Shown: piece by piece, positions 37,223 to 49,446 of the stretch
Layout of the letters: each line of letters starts with the position of its first letter
How positions within the stretch are numbered: position 1 is the stretch's first letter
Origin: Dictyostelium discoideum
Taxonomy: Eukaryota
Direction of reading: 5' to 3'
Assembly (NCBI GenBank): GCA_000004695.1
Contig: CM000151.3
Location: forward strand, 7,424,001-7,488,000
Length of the DNA stretch: 64,000 nucleotides
Notes under the pieces: model-generated
The model's database searches: none
Told to the model about the DNA's origin: nothing
Seen by the model: the letters and a program-made list of their open reading frames with translations, nothing else
Position numbers and translations under genes: made by a program

Positions 37223-38453
37223 CCAACACCAACAACAACACCAACACCAACAACACCAACACCAACAACACCAACACCAACACCAACAACACCAACACCA
37301 ACACCAACACCAACACCAACACCAACACCAACACCAACACCAACACCAACACCAACACCAACACCAACACCAACACCAACACCAACATCAACATCAACAA
37401 CATCAACAACATCAACAACATCAACAACAACATCACCATCAACAAAATCAACACCACCATCAACAAAATCAACATCAACAAAATACGATGAATTATCAAC
37501 AAATGTTTGGACAAACATTTTCAGAAATTAATAATTCAAATGAGAATAGATATATTAGTGGTATTAAACAAAGATTCCTTAGTTATTTATTTAAGAAAGC
37601 ATTAACAAGTGAAAATAAGAAAAAGGCATTGAGTATGTATTATTCTTTGTACCCACAATATTGTAGCTTGGTAATGTGGAAGATGCAATCATTGGATGCA
37701 TCACATTTGTTAATTAAATTGGGTTCAATCGATGGTCTATTGGGTAGAGTTACAGACTATTGTAATCAGATTTGCTTTTTCGTTGTTTACAATGTCTACA
37801 CCACCGAAGTGATTGGAGTCTATGAAAATTCAAATAAAGAATTTGCCAAAACCTTTGAACAATTTTGTGAACATTTCCGCGCTTGTAGTTGTCCCTCTGG
37901 TTTAATTAAATTTAGAAGCACCTGTTCCAATAATAGTTTTGTACGTGAACATTTGATCAAACAGAAATTGGCCGTTGTAAATGCACGTTATGGTGGTGAA
38001 ACTCAAGCAGTCAAAAGAATCCTATCAGCCTTACCTTTCTCTCCACAATCTTGGAATGAATCACCATACTTTGATAAATATTTGTTTAGTTACGATGAAA
38101 AGATCATCTCCTCCACCGAAAGACCTAAACCATTGGTTGACTATCCAATCAAATTTTATTCTCGTGTCAGTGGTGAAGTTAAATTCAAACTTAACACTGG
38201 TGGTGCTCAAGAGAAAATTGAAAGACAAAACAAAAAATACGCAACCTATATCTTTCATCCTTATTATCCTTTCATCATATCACTTTTACATAGTCCAAGT
38301 ACAGGTTCAGCTGCTGTCAATTTTCATTTCATAAATGATGACGATGAAAATAATGATGGTTATAATACTGATCAAGATGATGAACATGATATTATAATAT
38401 TGGATAATAATAACAATAATAACAACAACAATAATAATAATACAGTATCATAA
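33975..38453 (+). CDS. det1: DET1 (de-etiolated-1) homologue with very large low-complexity insertions. join(33975..~35783, ~35873..38453), about 1440 aa.
   Basis: Blocks that align to conserved DET1 segments: ..DVPNCIIKKFTSDGEKLLCFSRDFKEIQLYRFIG..; ..GVYLYKDLFIVLSLQYQAIHIFQIKDTNFVNLKTIGPHCNEDD..; ..MWKMQSLDASHLLIKLGS..; ..ICFFVVYNVYTTEVIGVYEN..FCEHFR..; ..NARYGGETQAVKRILSALPFSPQSWNESPYFD..LFSYDEKIISSTERPKP..YPIKFYSRVSGEVKFKLNTG..; ..FHPYYPFIISLL..AVNFHF. The intron (GTAAGT at about 35784, ..aatag acceptor at about 35872) joins the two listed ORFs in frame. Long N-runs and a ~300-aa Q/H tract separate the conserved blocks. Confidence 0.8.
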
Positions 38454-38953
38454 ACTTTTAAAAACTCAGAATTATCTATTTTTTTTTTTTTTTTTTTCAT
38501 ATGAAAAAAATTTAAAACAAAAAAAAAAAAATAAAATTATTTATTATGCACTATAGGCAAATGCCTATATTTTTATGTATGTTTTGTAAATTAAAAAAAC
38601 TTTTCATTTTTTTTTGATCACCATGACTCATTATTATCATTTTATAGAATATTCTTTTTACTATTTTTTTTTTATTCCAATCAGAATTTCTTTTTTTATA
38701 ATTATTTTATTTTTAATTTTTTTTTTTTTTTTTTATAAACGTCCAAAATGTCCCATCTTGTGAATCTCGTCTAAATTTTATAATTAAAGTATGCAAAATG
38801 ATTTTTTTTTTTTTTTTTTTAATTTTTTATTTTAATTGTGTCGTTTAATTTTTTAATTTTTTTATTTATTTTATTTTTTATTTTATTTTATTTTTTTTTT
38901 TTTTTTTTTCTTAAACGCAATAGTAATAATAAAAAATAAATAAAAAAAAAAAA

Positions 38954-40117
38954 ATGATATCAGATATTTCTAAAAATAAAAAATGGACAGTAATTGGTGG
39001 TGGTGCTTGTGGTATTGCAGTGATTGGTAAATTATTAGATAATGGTATAAATGTTAATGATTTATTATGGATTGATCCAGAGTTTAATGTTGGTGATATT
39101 GGTAAAAAATGGCGTACAGTTTCAAGTAATACAACAGTAGCATTATTTACAAAGTTTTTAAATGCTTGTAAATCATTTGATTATGAAAATTGTCAAATCG
39201 ATTTTAATTTAAATCATTTAATACCAGCTGATACTTGCAAATTATCAGAGATAGCTGATCCATTACAATGGGTAACTAATACATTAATTCAAGATAAAAA
39301 AGTACCAATTATTAAAGGTTTAGTAAATCAAGTTTCTAAAATAAATGAAAATAATAATAATTGGTCAGTTTCAATTAAATCATCAAATAATGATGATGAT
39401 GATGATGATAATAAAATAATTAATATTATTAGTGAAAATGTAGTATTAACAATTGGTGCTGAACCATTAACAATTTTAAATGAAAGTAAACAACAACAAC
39501 AACAACAACAACAAAAAGAATTAATTACAGTTGAACAAGTTGTAAATCCAGAAGAATTAAAAAAAGTTTGTAAAAAGGATGATGTTGTTGCAGTTTATGG
39601 TAGTTCTCATACTGCAATCATTGCATTGTATAATATTGTTGATATTGGGTCAAAGATTATCAATTTCTATAGATCACCATTAAAGTATGCAGAATATTAT
39701 GATGATTGGATTTTGTATGATAATACTGGTTTAAAAGGTTATTCTGCTGAATGGGCAAAAGAACATTTGGAAAAGAATCCTACAAATTTAATTGAAAGAA
39801 TTCAAGTTGATAATAAAGAATTGCTTGAAAATAAATTATCAAATTGTACAAAAGTAGTCTATGCAATTGGTTTTGAAAGAAGAGGTTCAGTTAATATTAA
39901 ATTAAATGAAAATCAAGATTGGATAAACTCTTCAAATTTAAAATACAATGAATCAAATGGTATAATATCAAATCATGGTTTATTTGGTATTGGTATTGCT
40001 TTTCCTCAATTTAAACCTGATCGTGTTGGTAATTTAGAATATAATGTTGGTTTATGGAAATTTATGGTTTATTTAGATCAAGTTTTACCACTTTGGTTAA
40101 ATAAAAATAAAAATTAA
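38954..40117 (+). CDS. FAD/NAD(P)-binding oxidoreductase (two Rossmann dinucleotide-binding motifs)
   Basis: N-terminal VIGGGACGIAVIGKLLDNG (GxGxxG) and a second VAVYGSSHTAIIALYNIVDIG motif. Single ORF of 387 aa. Confidence 0.55.
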   Translation: MISDISKNKKWTVIGGGACGIAVIGKLLDNGINVNDLLWIDPEFNVGDIGKKWRTVSSNTTVALFTKFLNACKSFDYENCQIDFNLNHLIPADTCKLSEIADPLQWVTNTLIQDKKVPIIKGLVNQVSKINENNNNWSVSIKSSNNDDDDDDNKIINIISENVVLTIGAEPLTILNESKQQQQQQQQKELITVEQVVNPEELKKVCKKDDVVAVYGSSHTAIIALYNIVDIGSKIINFYRSPLKYAEYYDDWILYDNTGLKGYSAEWAKEHLEKNPTNLIERIQVDNKELLENKLSNCTKVVYAIGFERRGSVNIKLNENQDWINSSNLKYNESNGIISNHGLFGIGIAFPQFKPDRVGNLEYNVGLWKFMVYLDQVLPLWLNKNKN

Positions 40118-40542
40118 AAATAAAAATTTAATAATAACAATAAAAATAAAATAAAATCTTAAATCATAATAAAATAAAAAAAGAAAAAGAAACTAAAAAG
40201 AATAATTGTATTTTATTAGTAATTTATTTAAATTAACATCAATGTTTTTTTTTTAAATTTCAATTAGTTTGGCTTATGAAAATAAAAATTTGGTTTGTGG
40301 AAATCAAAAAAAAAAAAAAACAAAAAAAAAAGAAAAAAGCGAGTAATAGAGACCAAAAACCTATTATTTTAAAAAAAAATATCTTGATTATTAAGGTCGG
40401 AAATTTGTAAAATATCTTGATTATTAAGGTCGGAAATGTGAAGTTTTTAATATTTTTTTTTTGAATTAAAATTTTTTTTTTTTAAAAAATTTTTCCCTTT
40501 ATATTTTGTTTTTGTTTTTTTTTTTTGTTTTATATTTCGAAA

Positions 40543-40649
40543 ATGAGAGTTCCAAATGAATACCTTGAAAAAATAGATTATTTTCATCATTATACATGTA
40601 AGTAAACTAAAATTAAAAAATAATGAAAAGTTTTATTAAAATTAATTAT

Positions 40650-40703
<54 letters not shown>

Positions 40704-41351
40704 ACTATTTTAGACGATAAAGATGGCCAAAATATAATTGATTTTGGGTTGGTTCCTAATTTAGCAGATGATTTATTTTATGATGGAAAATTATGTGTTG
40801 CTGATTCACCTAAAATCGTTTTCTTTACTTGTTTTAAATTAGGAGGAAATGATATTACTAAAACCTTCGATGAGGGCCAATCAGCTGTAATGCTAAAGTT
40901 TGATGTAGACCAAATTAATTATAAGGATTTTAATTTATATGGATTGGATGAGCAAGATATTAATGGTACAAGACATAAAAAAATTTTTATGGTTCATGTG
41001 GATCATAAAGAGGGTTTGAATTTTGCTAAAGTTAATAATTTTAAACCTCTTGATATTGAAAAAAACAATTATCTAAGATATGATCCAGAAGAAAAAAAAT
41101 GGTTTTCGTGGAGATACACAAAAGGAGGGTTAATTGTAGATATTGCATTTTGTAGCTATAAATTACCAATTCCAAGAAACAAATTATTTCCAATCAAAAA
41201 TATGGGCGGAAAACCAAGTAATATGAAATTTTTTTATTTACCAATATCAAAGCCATCCCCAATTACAGAAATAAATTATAATATAGCAGATAGTCAAAAT
41301 AAAGTTATAAATACATATGAATTTAAAATTGAATCTCTTGCTATTGGGTAA
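40543..41351 (+). CDS. Hypothetical protein, two exons join(40543..40597, 40714..41351)
   Basis: ATG at 40543 (MRVPNEYLEKIDYFHHYT). GTAAGT donor at 40598 and ttttag acceptor at 40713 are in frame with the listed ORF (..DKDGQNIIDFGLVPNLADDLFYDGKLCVADSPKIVFF..). The ORF track's N-terminal poly-F is intron-derived. Confidence 0.5.
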
Positions 41352-41517
41352 ATATATTATAATATTTTGTATAGAGATTTATAGATTTAGTAAGTTACTA
41401 ATAAATATTTTTTATAACATTAGTACATGTTGTAGTTTACAAAAAAAAAGTTCATTAAATGGTTCTTCTCAAACAAACAATTCATCACCATTCCAAAAGA
41501 ATTTACTAAATACAATC

Positions 41518-41730
41518 ATGAGATGTTCAAACGATAAAATTAAAATATTTAGTATGAGTATTAATGGAAATGATTTTCAAACTATAAAAAGTCTTTCCGA
41601 TGATGGGAAAATAACTATCATTGATGCAAACACAATTTCAATTTTAACAAATCTTGATGAACTTGTTACAATTTCAATTATTCATACTAAAAAGAGTCCT
41701 TTATCACCACTAGCTGATAGAAACTCTTAA
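41518..41730 (+). CDS. Possible small protein (70 aa: MRCSNDKIKIFSMSINGNDFQTIKSLSDDGKITIIDANTISILTNLDELVTISIIHTKKSPLSPLADRNS). Roadblock/LC7-like fold is speculative.
   Basis: In-frame ATG inside ORF 41317..41730. No family assignment. May instead be an exon of a larger gene. Confidence 0.25.
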   Translation: MRCSNDKIKIFSMSINGNDFQTIKSLSDDGKITIIDANTISILTNLDELVTISIIHTKKSPLSPLADRNS

Positions 41731-41993
41731 ATCACTGATAGAAATGATCCAAGAAGATTTAATTGATAGATTTCAATCAAGTAAAAATAAATAAATAAAA
41801 ATAAAAAAAATAAAAAATAATTAAAATTTATTTTTATTAATTTTATTTATGGTGTATATAATACTTTTTTTTTTTAAAAATTATTTTTTGTTTAATTTTA
41901 TATTACTGTTTATTATTAATATTTTAAAACAATCTCCAATTTTATTTTAATTTTTTTTATTTTATTTTTTTTTTTTTTTTTTTTTTTTTTATT

Positions 41994-42039
<46 letters not shown>

Positions 42040-42112
42040 TTTTAAAAAAAAACACCTCGTCAATGAATAATTAAATAATATAGGTAATAATTTTTTTGTA
42101 ATTTTAGCAATA

Positions 42113-44513
42113 ATGAGTAAAATGTTTGATTTTCTGCAAATAAATAAATCAAAACAATCACCAAAAACACACTCTCCACCAAAAGAAGATGAAAAACCAA
42201 CGACAGCACAACCAACTACCAATGTAAAACCAGTAGCAGCAAATTTATTTCAATCACTAAATGTAAAGACTAACAATAATAATAGTAATTCACCCATAAA
42301 AGTTGAAAAAGAAGTTTTAGTTGAGGATTCACAAACTACAACAAATGAAATCAACGAGAACGATCCAAATAGTGAGTTTTAATATATATATATATATATC
42401 TATATCTATATCTATATATTACAACAACAACAAACATACAACATAATTTTAAAAATACTAACCCAATTAAATATGTATGTGCATATGTGTATTTATAGAA
42501 AGAGTAATTAAAAAAGTTAAAATAAAATCATTCAAGCCAGGTCAACCATCAAATAATAATAACGATGAATTAAACACAAACGATAATAGTAATAATAATA
42601 ACACCACCTCAACAATTAACCCCGATTTATCTCAATTAGATACAAATAATATCTATGCTGACAATTATAAAAATGAGGATGATTATAATGATAACGAAGA
42701 AGATAATGATGATCAATTAAAAAACAATATTAACAAAGAACAGCCAACTAAAAAAGAAAATTTAACAGAAACTACATCATTGACAAACACAACTACAACT
42801 ACAACAACAACAACAACAACAAAAACAGCAATTGAAACTGATACAAATAAAAAAGATGAAATTAAAGAAGAGAATATTACAACTACTGAATTACAACCAA
42901 AAGACCCACCTTCAATTTTAGATTGTTTAATTGATGAGTTAAAAAATTCTCAATATAGATTTTATGAAAAATTAACAAATATTGAAAATGATTATAAACA
43001 ATCATTAGAAAATAGAAAGAAATCAAATCAATTACTTTTAAATGTAATATATATATATATATAAAAAAAGAGTTTAAAAATATTTTACTAATATAAATTA
43101 ATATATATTTATATAAAGAATATTAATTTATTAAAAGAATATGAAGAAAAAGAGAATCAATTAGTAGAGAATGAAGATTATGAAGGTGCATCAAAGGTAT
43201 CAGATGATATTAATTCAATTCAAAAAGATAATGAACAAATAATGAATGATTTAATTAAATTGATAAAGAATAATCAAGAACAAGATCAAATCTTTGAAGA
43301 ATTATTAATAACCTATCAAGAATCAACCGATGAAAATCAAATTAAATTATTAGATATTAAATCTAAAGAGGATGAAAACATAAATAAATATCAAGAACAA
43401 GTTAAAGAAACTATTAAATCCATAAAGGATGAAATTGAAATTAAACAGGAATCAATCGATAGGGAAACTAAATATTTGTTATTAGATAAAGAGATATTGG
43501 AAACTAATGAAACCTCTCTAACCAATACAATCAATGAATTGAATAAACCATTGATTCAAGAGAGAGAAGGACACATTCAAACTAAACAATCCCTACAAGA
43601 TGAAATTGATAAACTTTTATTAGAGATTCAATTGAAACGTGATCAACAATCTAAATGTGATCAACATATTAATGAAATCAATGAAAAGATCGACACTATC
43701 TCGTCAAGTAAATTCTCAAAGGAACAGTCTAGATTAGAACAAGAGAGATTAAATATAAAGAAAAGAGATGACCATATCATTCAACTCTCCACTGAACTAT
43801 TAGAATTAACAAATAAAGTTGACCAATTAAATAATCCATCCGATCATCCATCTTTTCAAATTATCTCTAGTGTAGATGAAACTATTAAAGATTGTAAATC
43901 ATTCCTATTGGAAACTACCTCAACTTTGGATAATATAAGTTTACAACAAAAACAAATACATAAACTCTACAAAGATATCTTACAATCAGCAGATTCTCAC
44001 AAAAGAATGCAATCAAAATTGACAACTCTTACTCAATCAATTCAAGAATTAACAATTGAAACTAATTCACATTCTTCCCAAAAGATTCAATTAAAGAAAT
44101 CCATTTCCGAGTTGGAAGATACAATACCACTTTTAGAACAATCTAAAAACATTGCCAAAGATTCTAAAAGATTCACTGAAGCAGCTTCATTATTATCAGA
44201 ATTAAAACAAAAACAACAACTCTTAATTGAAAAGAATAAACAATTACAAGAAATCTCTGATCAATTGGATTTAAACACTACAAAATTAGATTCCCTTCAA
44301 AAAGAACACACTCAATACAAAGAAATCACAGAAAAACAAAACTCCACAAACTATTTAAATCTTTTAGAAAATTTACAAAAAAGACAATTAGAATTACAAT
44401 CATTAATTGATGACGATAAAAACTGTTTAGATAAATTAAAACAATTTTATAAATTAGAATTTGATTCAAATTCATTTGAAATAAGTTTTATAAAATTAAA
44501 ATTAAATAAATAA
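42113..44513 (+). CDS. Coiled-coil protein, three exons join(42113..42371, 42499..43043, 43119..44513)
   Basis: GTGAGT donor at 42372 with tttatag acceptor at 42498 (phase 1). GTAATA donor at 43044 with ataaag acceptor at 43118 (phase 0). All three listed ORFs are joined in frame. The C-terminal 420 aa are heptad-rich (..QEQDQIFEELLITYQ..KQLQEISDQLDLNTTKLDSLQKEHTQYKEITEKQ..). Confidence 0.55.
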
Positions 44514-44612
44514 AATTATTATTTATATCAACAAATAAATTAATAATAGATATCACCATTTCCTTTTTTTTTTTTGTATTTATTAATAATTTTTTTTTTT
44601 TTTATAGAACAA

Positions 44613-46100
44613 CTAAAGTTTATAATGAATTAAAATCATCTTTAAAATTAAATATTGTTTATAAAAATGACTTTGATGTCTATTTGATAAAGTTGTATTT
44701 GGATTTAAAGTTAAATCTTTTTCACCATCTTCAATTAAAGAAATTGATTTTAATAATGATACATAATTTAAAAATTTAGTTTTCATTTCATAATAATTTA
44801 AACCTTGATATTCCAATGATCTTGAATATAATAAATCTTGAAAATCTTCAAATGTTAAATCATTAATTTCTTTAACAATTGCCTATTATAAAAATTTAAA
44901 AAATAAAAAGGGGTCAGTAAAATAAAAAATTAGAAAAGTTATTTTTAACTAAAATAATTAATTAATTAATAAAAAAAAAAAAAAAAAAAAAACATACTTC
45001 ATTCTCTTGTAAAATATAATTACCAGAATTTAAAATCTTTTCAATTAAAGTTGATCTAGAGTCAAATAAAGTTGTTTGACCTAAAACTCTACAATATTTT
45101 TTTAATTTTGGTCTTTTCATTTCTTCAAGATTAAAATCCAATTTATATTGAAGTGGTTTTAACTTTAATGGTGTTATATCATTAATAGATTTAAATGCAA
45201 AACTATTGATATCATCTTCTAACCCATATTTTTTAATTATTTTATCTATAATATGTCTTCTTAATGATGTGATTTTATGATGTCTTGATAAAACTTGTGA
45301 TCTCTCACTAAATCCTCTTGGTAATAATCCAGGTAAAAATTTTATATAAAATGGTAATCCAAATGTTGAAAATGGTATTGATAAAAATATTGATAATGGT
45401 ATCATTGATAATCTATCCATTCCTTAAAAAAAATAAAATTTTTTTTTTTTTTAATTTATACATTTAACTTTTTTTTTAAAAAAAATAAAATATATATATA
45501 TATATACAATTATTTAAAATACTTACTATATGAAATTATTGATTTTCTTTCATGAAAAGTTAAATAACGGAATGAATCTTGATTATGAATTGGAAAAGTT
45601 GGCAATATTCTCTTAGTGAAAGATTCATTTAATGCACCAGCTTTTGGTAATAAAACATCTACATAAAATGATCTATCATTCCAAAGTGTTATTAAACCAT
45701 TCTTTGTGATCTTTGTTAATTTTTCCATTTGACTCTTTAATGATCCAATAAAACCAAGTTGATTTGTCAATTGTTGTTGACCTTCAGGGTGATAATCATT
45801 CTTTTTATTGTTGTTATTGTCATTGTTACTTTTTACTAAAATATTATCTTCATCTTCATATGATTTATAATTTTGAACATCACTAAAATAATTATGACGA
45901 TAGTTATGAGTTGGTGGTTGTTGAGATGGTTGTTGAGATGGTTGTTGAGATGGTTGTTGAGATGGTTGTTGAGATGGTTGTTGAGATGGTTGTTTTGGTG
46001 ATGAAGATGAAAAACTATTTCTATATAATGTTGGGTAATAAAATCTTTTATATGTTCGAATATTTTTTCCAAAATTTCCTAACATTTTTTTTTTGAACAT
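44613..46100 (-). CDS. LETM1-like (LETM1 RBD-type) mitochondrial protein, three exons complement(join(44613..44882, 44998..45422, 45527..46100))
   Basis: N-terminal presequence-like MLGNFGKNIRTYKRFYYPTLYRNSF and a (PSQQ)6 repeat. GTAAGT donor at 45526-45521 with ..ttttaag acceptor (phase 1). GTATGT donor at 44997 with ..ataatag acceptor (phase 0). The segment ..IPFSTFGLPFYIKFLPGLLPRGFSE..LEEMKRPKLKKYCRVLGQTTLFDSRSTL.. resembles the LETM1 ribosome-binding region (..[24 protein letters not shown]..). Confidence 0.5.
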
Positions 46101-46615
46101 AAAAAAAAAAAAAAATAAAAAAAAAAGTAAAAATAAAAAAAATTAAAAAAATTTAATTTCAAAAAAAAAAAATAAAAAAAAATAAAAAAAAAAACATTTC
46201 CTTTTCTAATAATTTTCATTCCGCATAATTGTTACCTTTTTATTTGCGACACACAACAATTATTTTTTAAAATCGCATTTTTTTTTTTCCCAAGTGTTTC
46301 AAAATATAGATTTTAATTAATTTGTTTGAAAATAATAAACAAATAATGAAAATAAATAAAACAAAATAAAATAAAATAAAATAAAATAAAATAATTAAAT
46401 AAGAAGATAAATACCTAAGAAAAAAAAAAAAAAAAAATAAAAATAAATATTTTTAAAAAAAAAAATTTTAAAGTATCGCGGTTATTTTTGAATTTTTTTA
46501 TTTTTTTTTTAATTTTTTTTTTGTATTTTTTTTTTTTAAAAATTTTTTTTTTTTTTATTTTTTTTATTACTATTGTTGTTTTGTTATTTCCAACACCCCT
46601 TAATCACATATAAAT

Positions 46616-47251
46616 ATGTCAGACGCAGATAAAAGAGCTAAATTAGAAGCATTAGCATCTAAAAAGAGAGCACAAGCTGAACAATTAACAAAGAATGATC
46701 CAACTAAAAGAGCAGCAACCTCATCATCAAGCTCTATCAATAAACCAGTACAAAAGAAAGCACCAGTTGGAAGAGGTGGTTCAATTTCATTAAACTCTAG
46801 AAATTATAAAGATAATGAAGATGATGAAGAAGGATCAGATCAAGATAGTTACGAAGATGATGGTTTTGTTGTTAGAGATTCAGATGCTTCAGAATCCGAA
46901 TCAGAGAGTGAAGTCTCAAGTGAAGAAGAAAGTAGTGAGGATGAAAAAAGAAAAAAGAAAAAAGTACAAGCACCACCACCTAAAAAATCTTCATCATCAT
47001 CATCATCTTCATCATCAAAGGTTGTAGAGAAAAAGAAATCATCATCATCATCCTCCTCCTCATCATCAAAGAAATCACGTAAAGATTCAGACTCTGAAGA
47101 TGAATCTGAAGAAGAAAAAGAATCAAACTTTAAATTTGACACAAGAGAATTCCAAAATTTACCAAGATTAGGTTCAAGAAGGTCAACTGCTTTCGTTGTC
47201 ACTGCACCACCACCAGGTGCTTCTGATGATGAAGATGAATCTGACGATTAA
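46616..47251 (+). CDS. Acidic Ser/Asp/Glu-rich low-complexity protein (211 aa), possibly a nucleolar/chromatin phosphoprotein
   Basis: ATG at 46616; poly-S and acidic clusters with basic KKKK stretches. No specific domain recognised. Confidence 0.45.
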   Translation: MSDADKRAKLEALASKKRAQAEQLTKNDPTKRAATSSSSSINKPVQKKAPVGRGGSISLNSRNYKDNEDDEEGSDQDSYEDDGFVVRDSDASESESESEVSSEEESSEDEKRKKKKVQAPPPKKSSSSSSSSSSKVVEKKKSSSSSSSSSSKKSRKDSDSEDESEEEKESNFKFDTREFQNLPRLGSRRSTAFVVTAPPPGASDDEDESDD

Positions 47252-47493
47252 ACAAGATATAAGTAATTTTAAAATAAAAAAAAAAATTAAAAAAAAATTA
47301 AAAAATTAAAATCTCAGATTCTTAAGTCGTCTGGATAAAAAAAAAAAAATAAAAAAGTAAAATCCAAAAAAAAAAAAAAAAAACCATCACATTTTTTCCT
47401 TTTTTGTTCTTTTTTTTTTTTTTATTCATTTTAATTAATATATATATTTTTTTGTGTTTATATTTTTATTTTTATTACTATTTTTAATTATAT

Positions 47494-47943
47494 TTATTTT
47501 TTGATTTTAGCAAAAGTGAAAAAAGCAATTGAAGCAACAGCAACAACAATACCACCAACTAAAGCAATGGTAGTAGTGACATCTTTGTTTTTATCTTCAT
47601 TATTATTATTATTTGATGATGATTCAGTTGATTTAATTACTGGTGATTCAGTAGAAATTGGGATTGGATTTGAAGATAATGGATTTTGTAATGGTTTTGA
47701 ATCTGTGCAAACACCAATGTAATAATCTTTTAACATATCAACAGCTTTTTGAGAGTGACCAACATCTAAAAATTCGTTGGTTGCTTCTTTACCTGCATTT
47801 TGAATTAAATAATCACCACCACCTGGATGATCATTAACAAAGGATGTAACATCATAAACTTTTTGATTAATGACCATCCATAAATCGTCAACTTTATCGT
47901 GTTTGGAAACTTCTTCCATAGTATATTGTTTATCTTCTGACAT
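47494..47943 (-). CDS. Cytochrome b5 (heme-binding domain plus C-terminal membrane anchor)
   Basis: ..YTMEEVSKHDKVDDLWMVINQKVYDVTSFVNDHPGGGDYLIQNAGKEATNEFLDVGHS.. contains the HPGG heme-ligand motif and the second His. The C-terminal hydrophobic tail IALVGGIVVAVASIAFFTFAKIKK is the tail anchor. Confidence 0.9.
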   Translation of the reverse strand: MSEDKQYTMEEVSKHDKVDDLWMVINQKVYDVTSFVNDHPGGGDYLIQNAGKEATNEFLDVGHSQKAVDMLKDYYIGVCTDSKPLQNPLSSNPIPISTESPVIKSTESSSNNNNNEDKNKDVTTTIALVGGIVVAVASIAFFTFAKIKK

Positions 47944-47991
47944 TTTGTTGTATATTATTAATAATACTCTTAATTGATTGATATTCAGAAG

Positions 47992-48022
<31 letters not shown>

Positions 48023-48179
48023 GAAAAAAAAAAAGCAGCGTTTCAAAAAAAAAAAAAAAAATTAAAAAATAAAAAAAATAAAAAATAAAATTTTAAATTA
48101 ATCCATTCTATTTTAATTAATATTTTAATAAAGTGGGTCATAACATCTTTTAATTAATATATTCACCACCTTATTTTCG

Positions 48180-48215
<36 letters not shown>

Positions 48216-48273
48216 CTATACATTTTTATTTTTTAATTTAATTTTTTTTTTTTTTTTTTATATTTTTTTAATT

Positions 48274-49446
48274 TTACCTAATTAATATTGAATTATTTAT
48301 TAAATTTTGAATTGATAATTTAATTTCTGAATAATTTAATAATTGATCGGATTTATTTTTAAAAATTAAATAATTATTTAATTGATTTAAAACTTGTTCA
48401 CTTGTTTCACAATCAAATAAAACTTTTTTTAAATTTGTAGTACCACCTAAATTTGAGCAACATTTTAAATAACTATTAAAATGTGAAAATAAAGTTCTGA
48501 TTGGTTTTCTTGGTGTTAAAATCTCTGAAATTATTATATGTTTTACCATTGTTGTTAAAACTTCTTTTAAAGTGATTTCAATTAATAATTCATTTTCATC
48601 AATAATTAAACCATTTGAAAGTTTTAATTGTTGATCCATTAATTTCTTTTGTTTTTCAGTTGGATTTACATTTAATCCAGGTTGATATTGAATAACTAAA
48701 TTTTTATTAAATAACCATGGATTGCCATAAACTGCACGTCCAATCATAACACCATCAATTCCAAATTGATTGATATAATCAATACCTTGTTCATAGGTTT
48801 CAACATCACCATTACCAACCAGTAATGTATTTGGTGAGATTTGATTACGTAATTCTACAACTCTATCTAAAACTTGATGTTCCCAATGTGCTGGTACTAA
48901 TGATAATTCTTTTTTAGTTCTAAGATGAAGGGTTAAACATGCTGGTTCACTTTCTAAAATTAATGGAATCCATTCATCAATTTCAATTTTGTCAAATCCA
49001 ATTCTAGTTTTAACACTTACTGGTTTTTCAAAATTTAATGCTTCCTTTGTGATTTTAACAATTTCTTTGGCTAATGAAGGATTTGTAATTAATGCTGCAC
49101 CACTTGCTTGTTTTGGTGATAATACTTTTCTACTTGGACAACCCATATTAATATCAACGCCATCATATCCTAATTCATTGGCTATTTTGGCACTCTCATA
49201 GAAATATTCTGGTTTGTTTCCAAAAAATTGTGCAACTATTGGTTTCTCTTGAGTTGAATATCCAAGTTTATCAATAAGTGCTTCTCTATTTCTCGCTAAT
49301 CCATCTGCTGATACAAATTCATTGAATATTACATTTGGTTTTCCCATACAATTAGCTAATAAAAATCTAAATGATATATCAGTAACATCAGCCATGGGTG
49401 CTAATGAAAATATAGGTTTTGATAATTTATTCCAAAATCCATTCAT
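48274..49446 (-). CDS. tRNA-dihydrouridine synthase (Dus family, TIM-barrel flavoenzyme)
   Basis: ..LAPMADVTD..FRFL...VAQFFGNKPE..GYDGVDINMGCPSRKV..GAALITNP..VKTRIG.. are the canonical Dus motifs. Confidence 0.85.
   Translation of the reverse strand: MNGFWNKLSKPIFSLAPMADVTDISFRFLLANCMGKPNVIFNEFVSADGLARNREALIDKLGYSTQEKPIVAQFFGNKPEYFYESAKIANELGYDGVDINMGCPSRKVLSPKQASGAALITNPSLAKEIVKITKEALNFEKPVSVKTRIGFDKIEIDEWIPLILESEPACLTLHLRTKKELSLVPAHWEHQVLDRVVELRNQISPNTLLVGNGDVETYEQGIDYINQFGIDGVMIGRAVYGNPWLFNKNLVIQYQPGLNVNPTEKQKKLMDQQLKLSNGLIIDENELLIEITLKEVLTTMVKHIIISEILTPRKPIRTLFSHFNSYLKCCSNLGGTTNLKKVLFDCETSEQVLNQLNNYLIFKNKSDQLLNYSEIKLSIQNLINNSILIR

Noticed and set aside
36423-37518. Four overlapping minus-strand ORFs (poly-I, poly-Y, poly-L, poly-V/G) inside the DET1 gene
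   Set aside because: These are artefacts of the (CAA)n / (CAACAC)n / (AAT)n repeats of the sense strand. The sense strand carries the conserved DET1 blocks.
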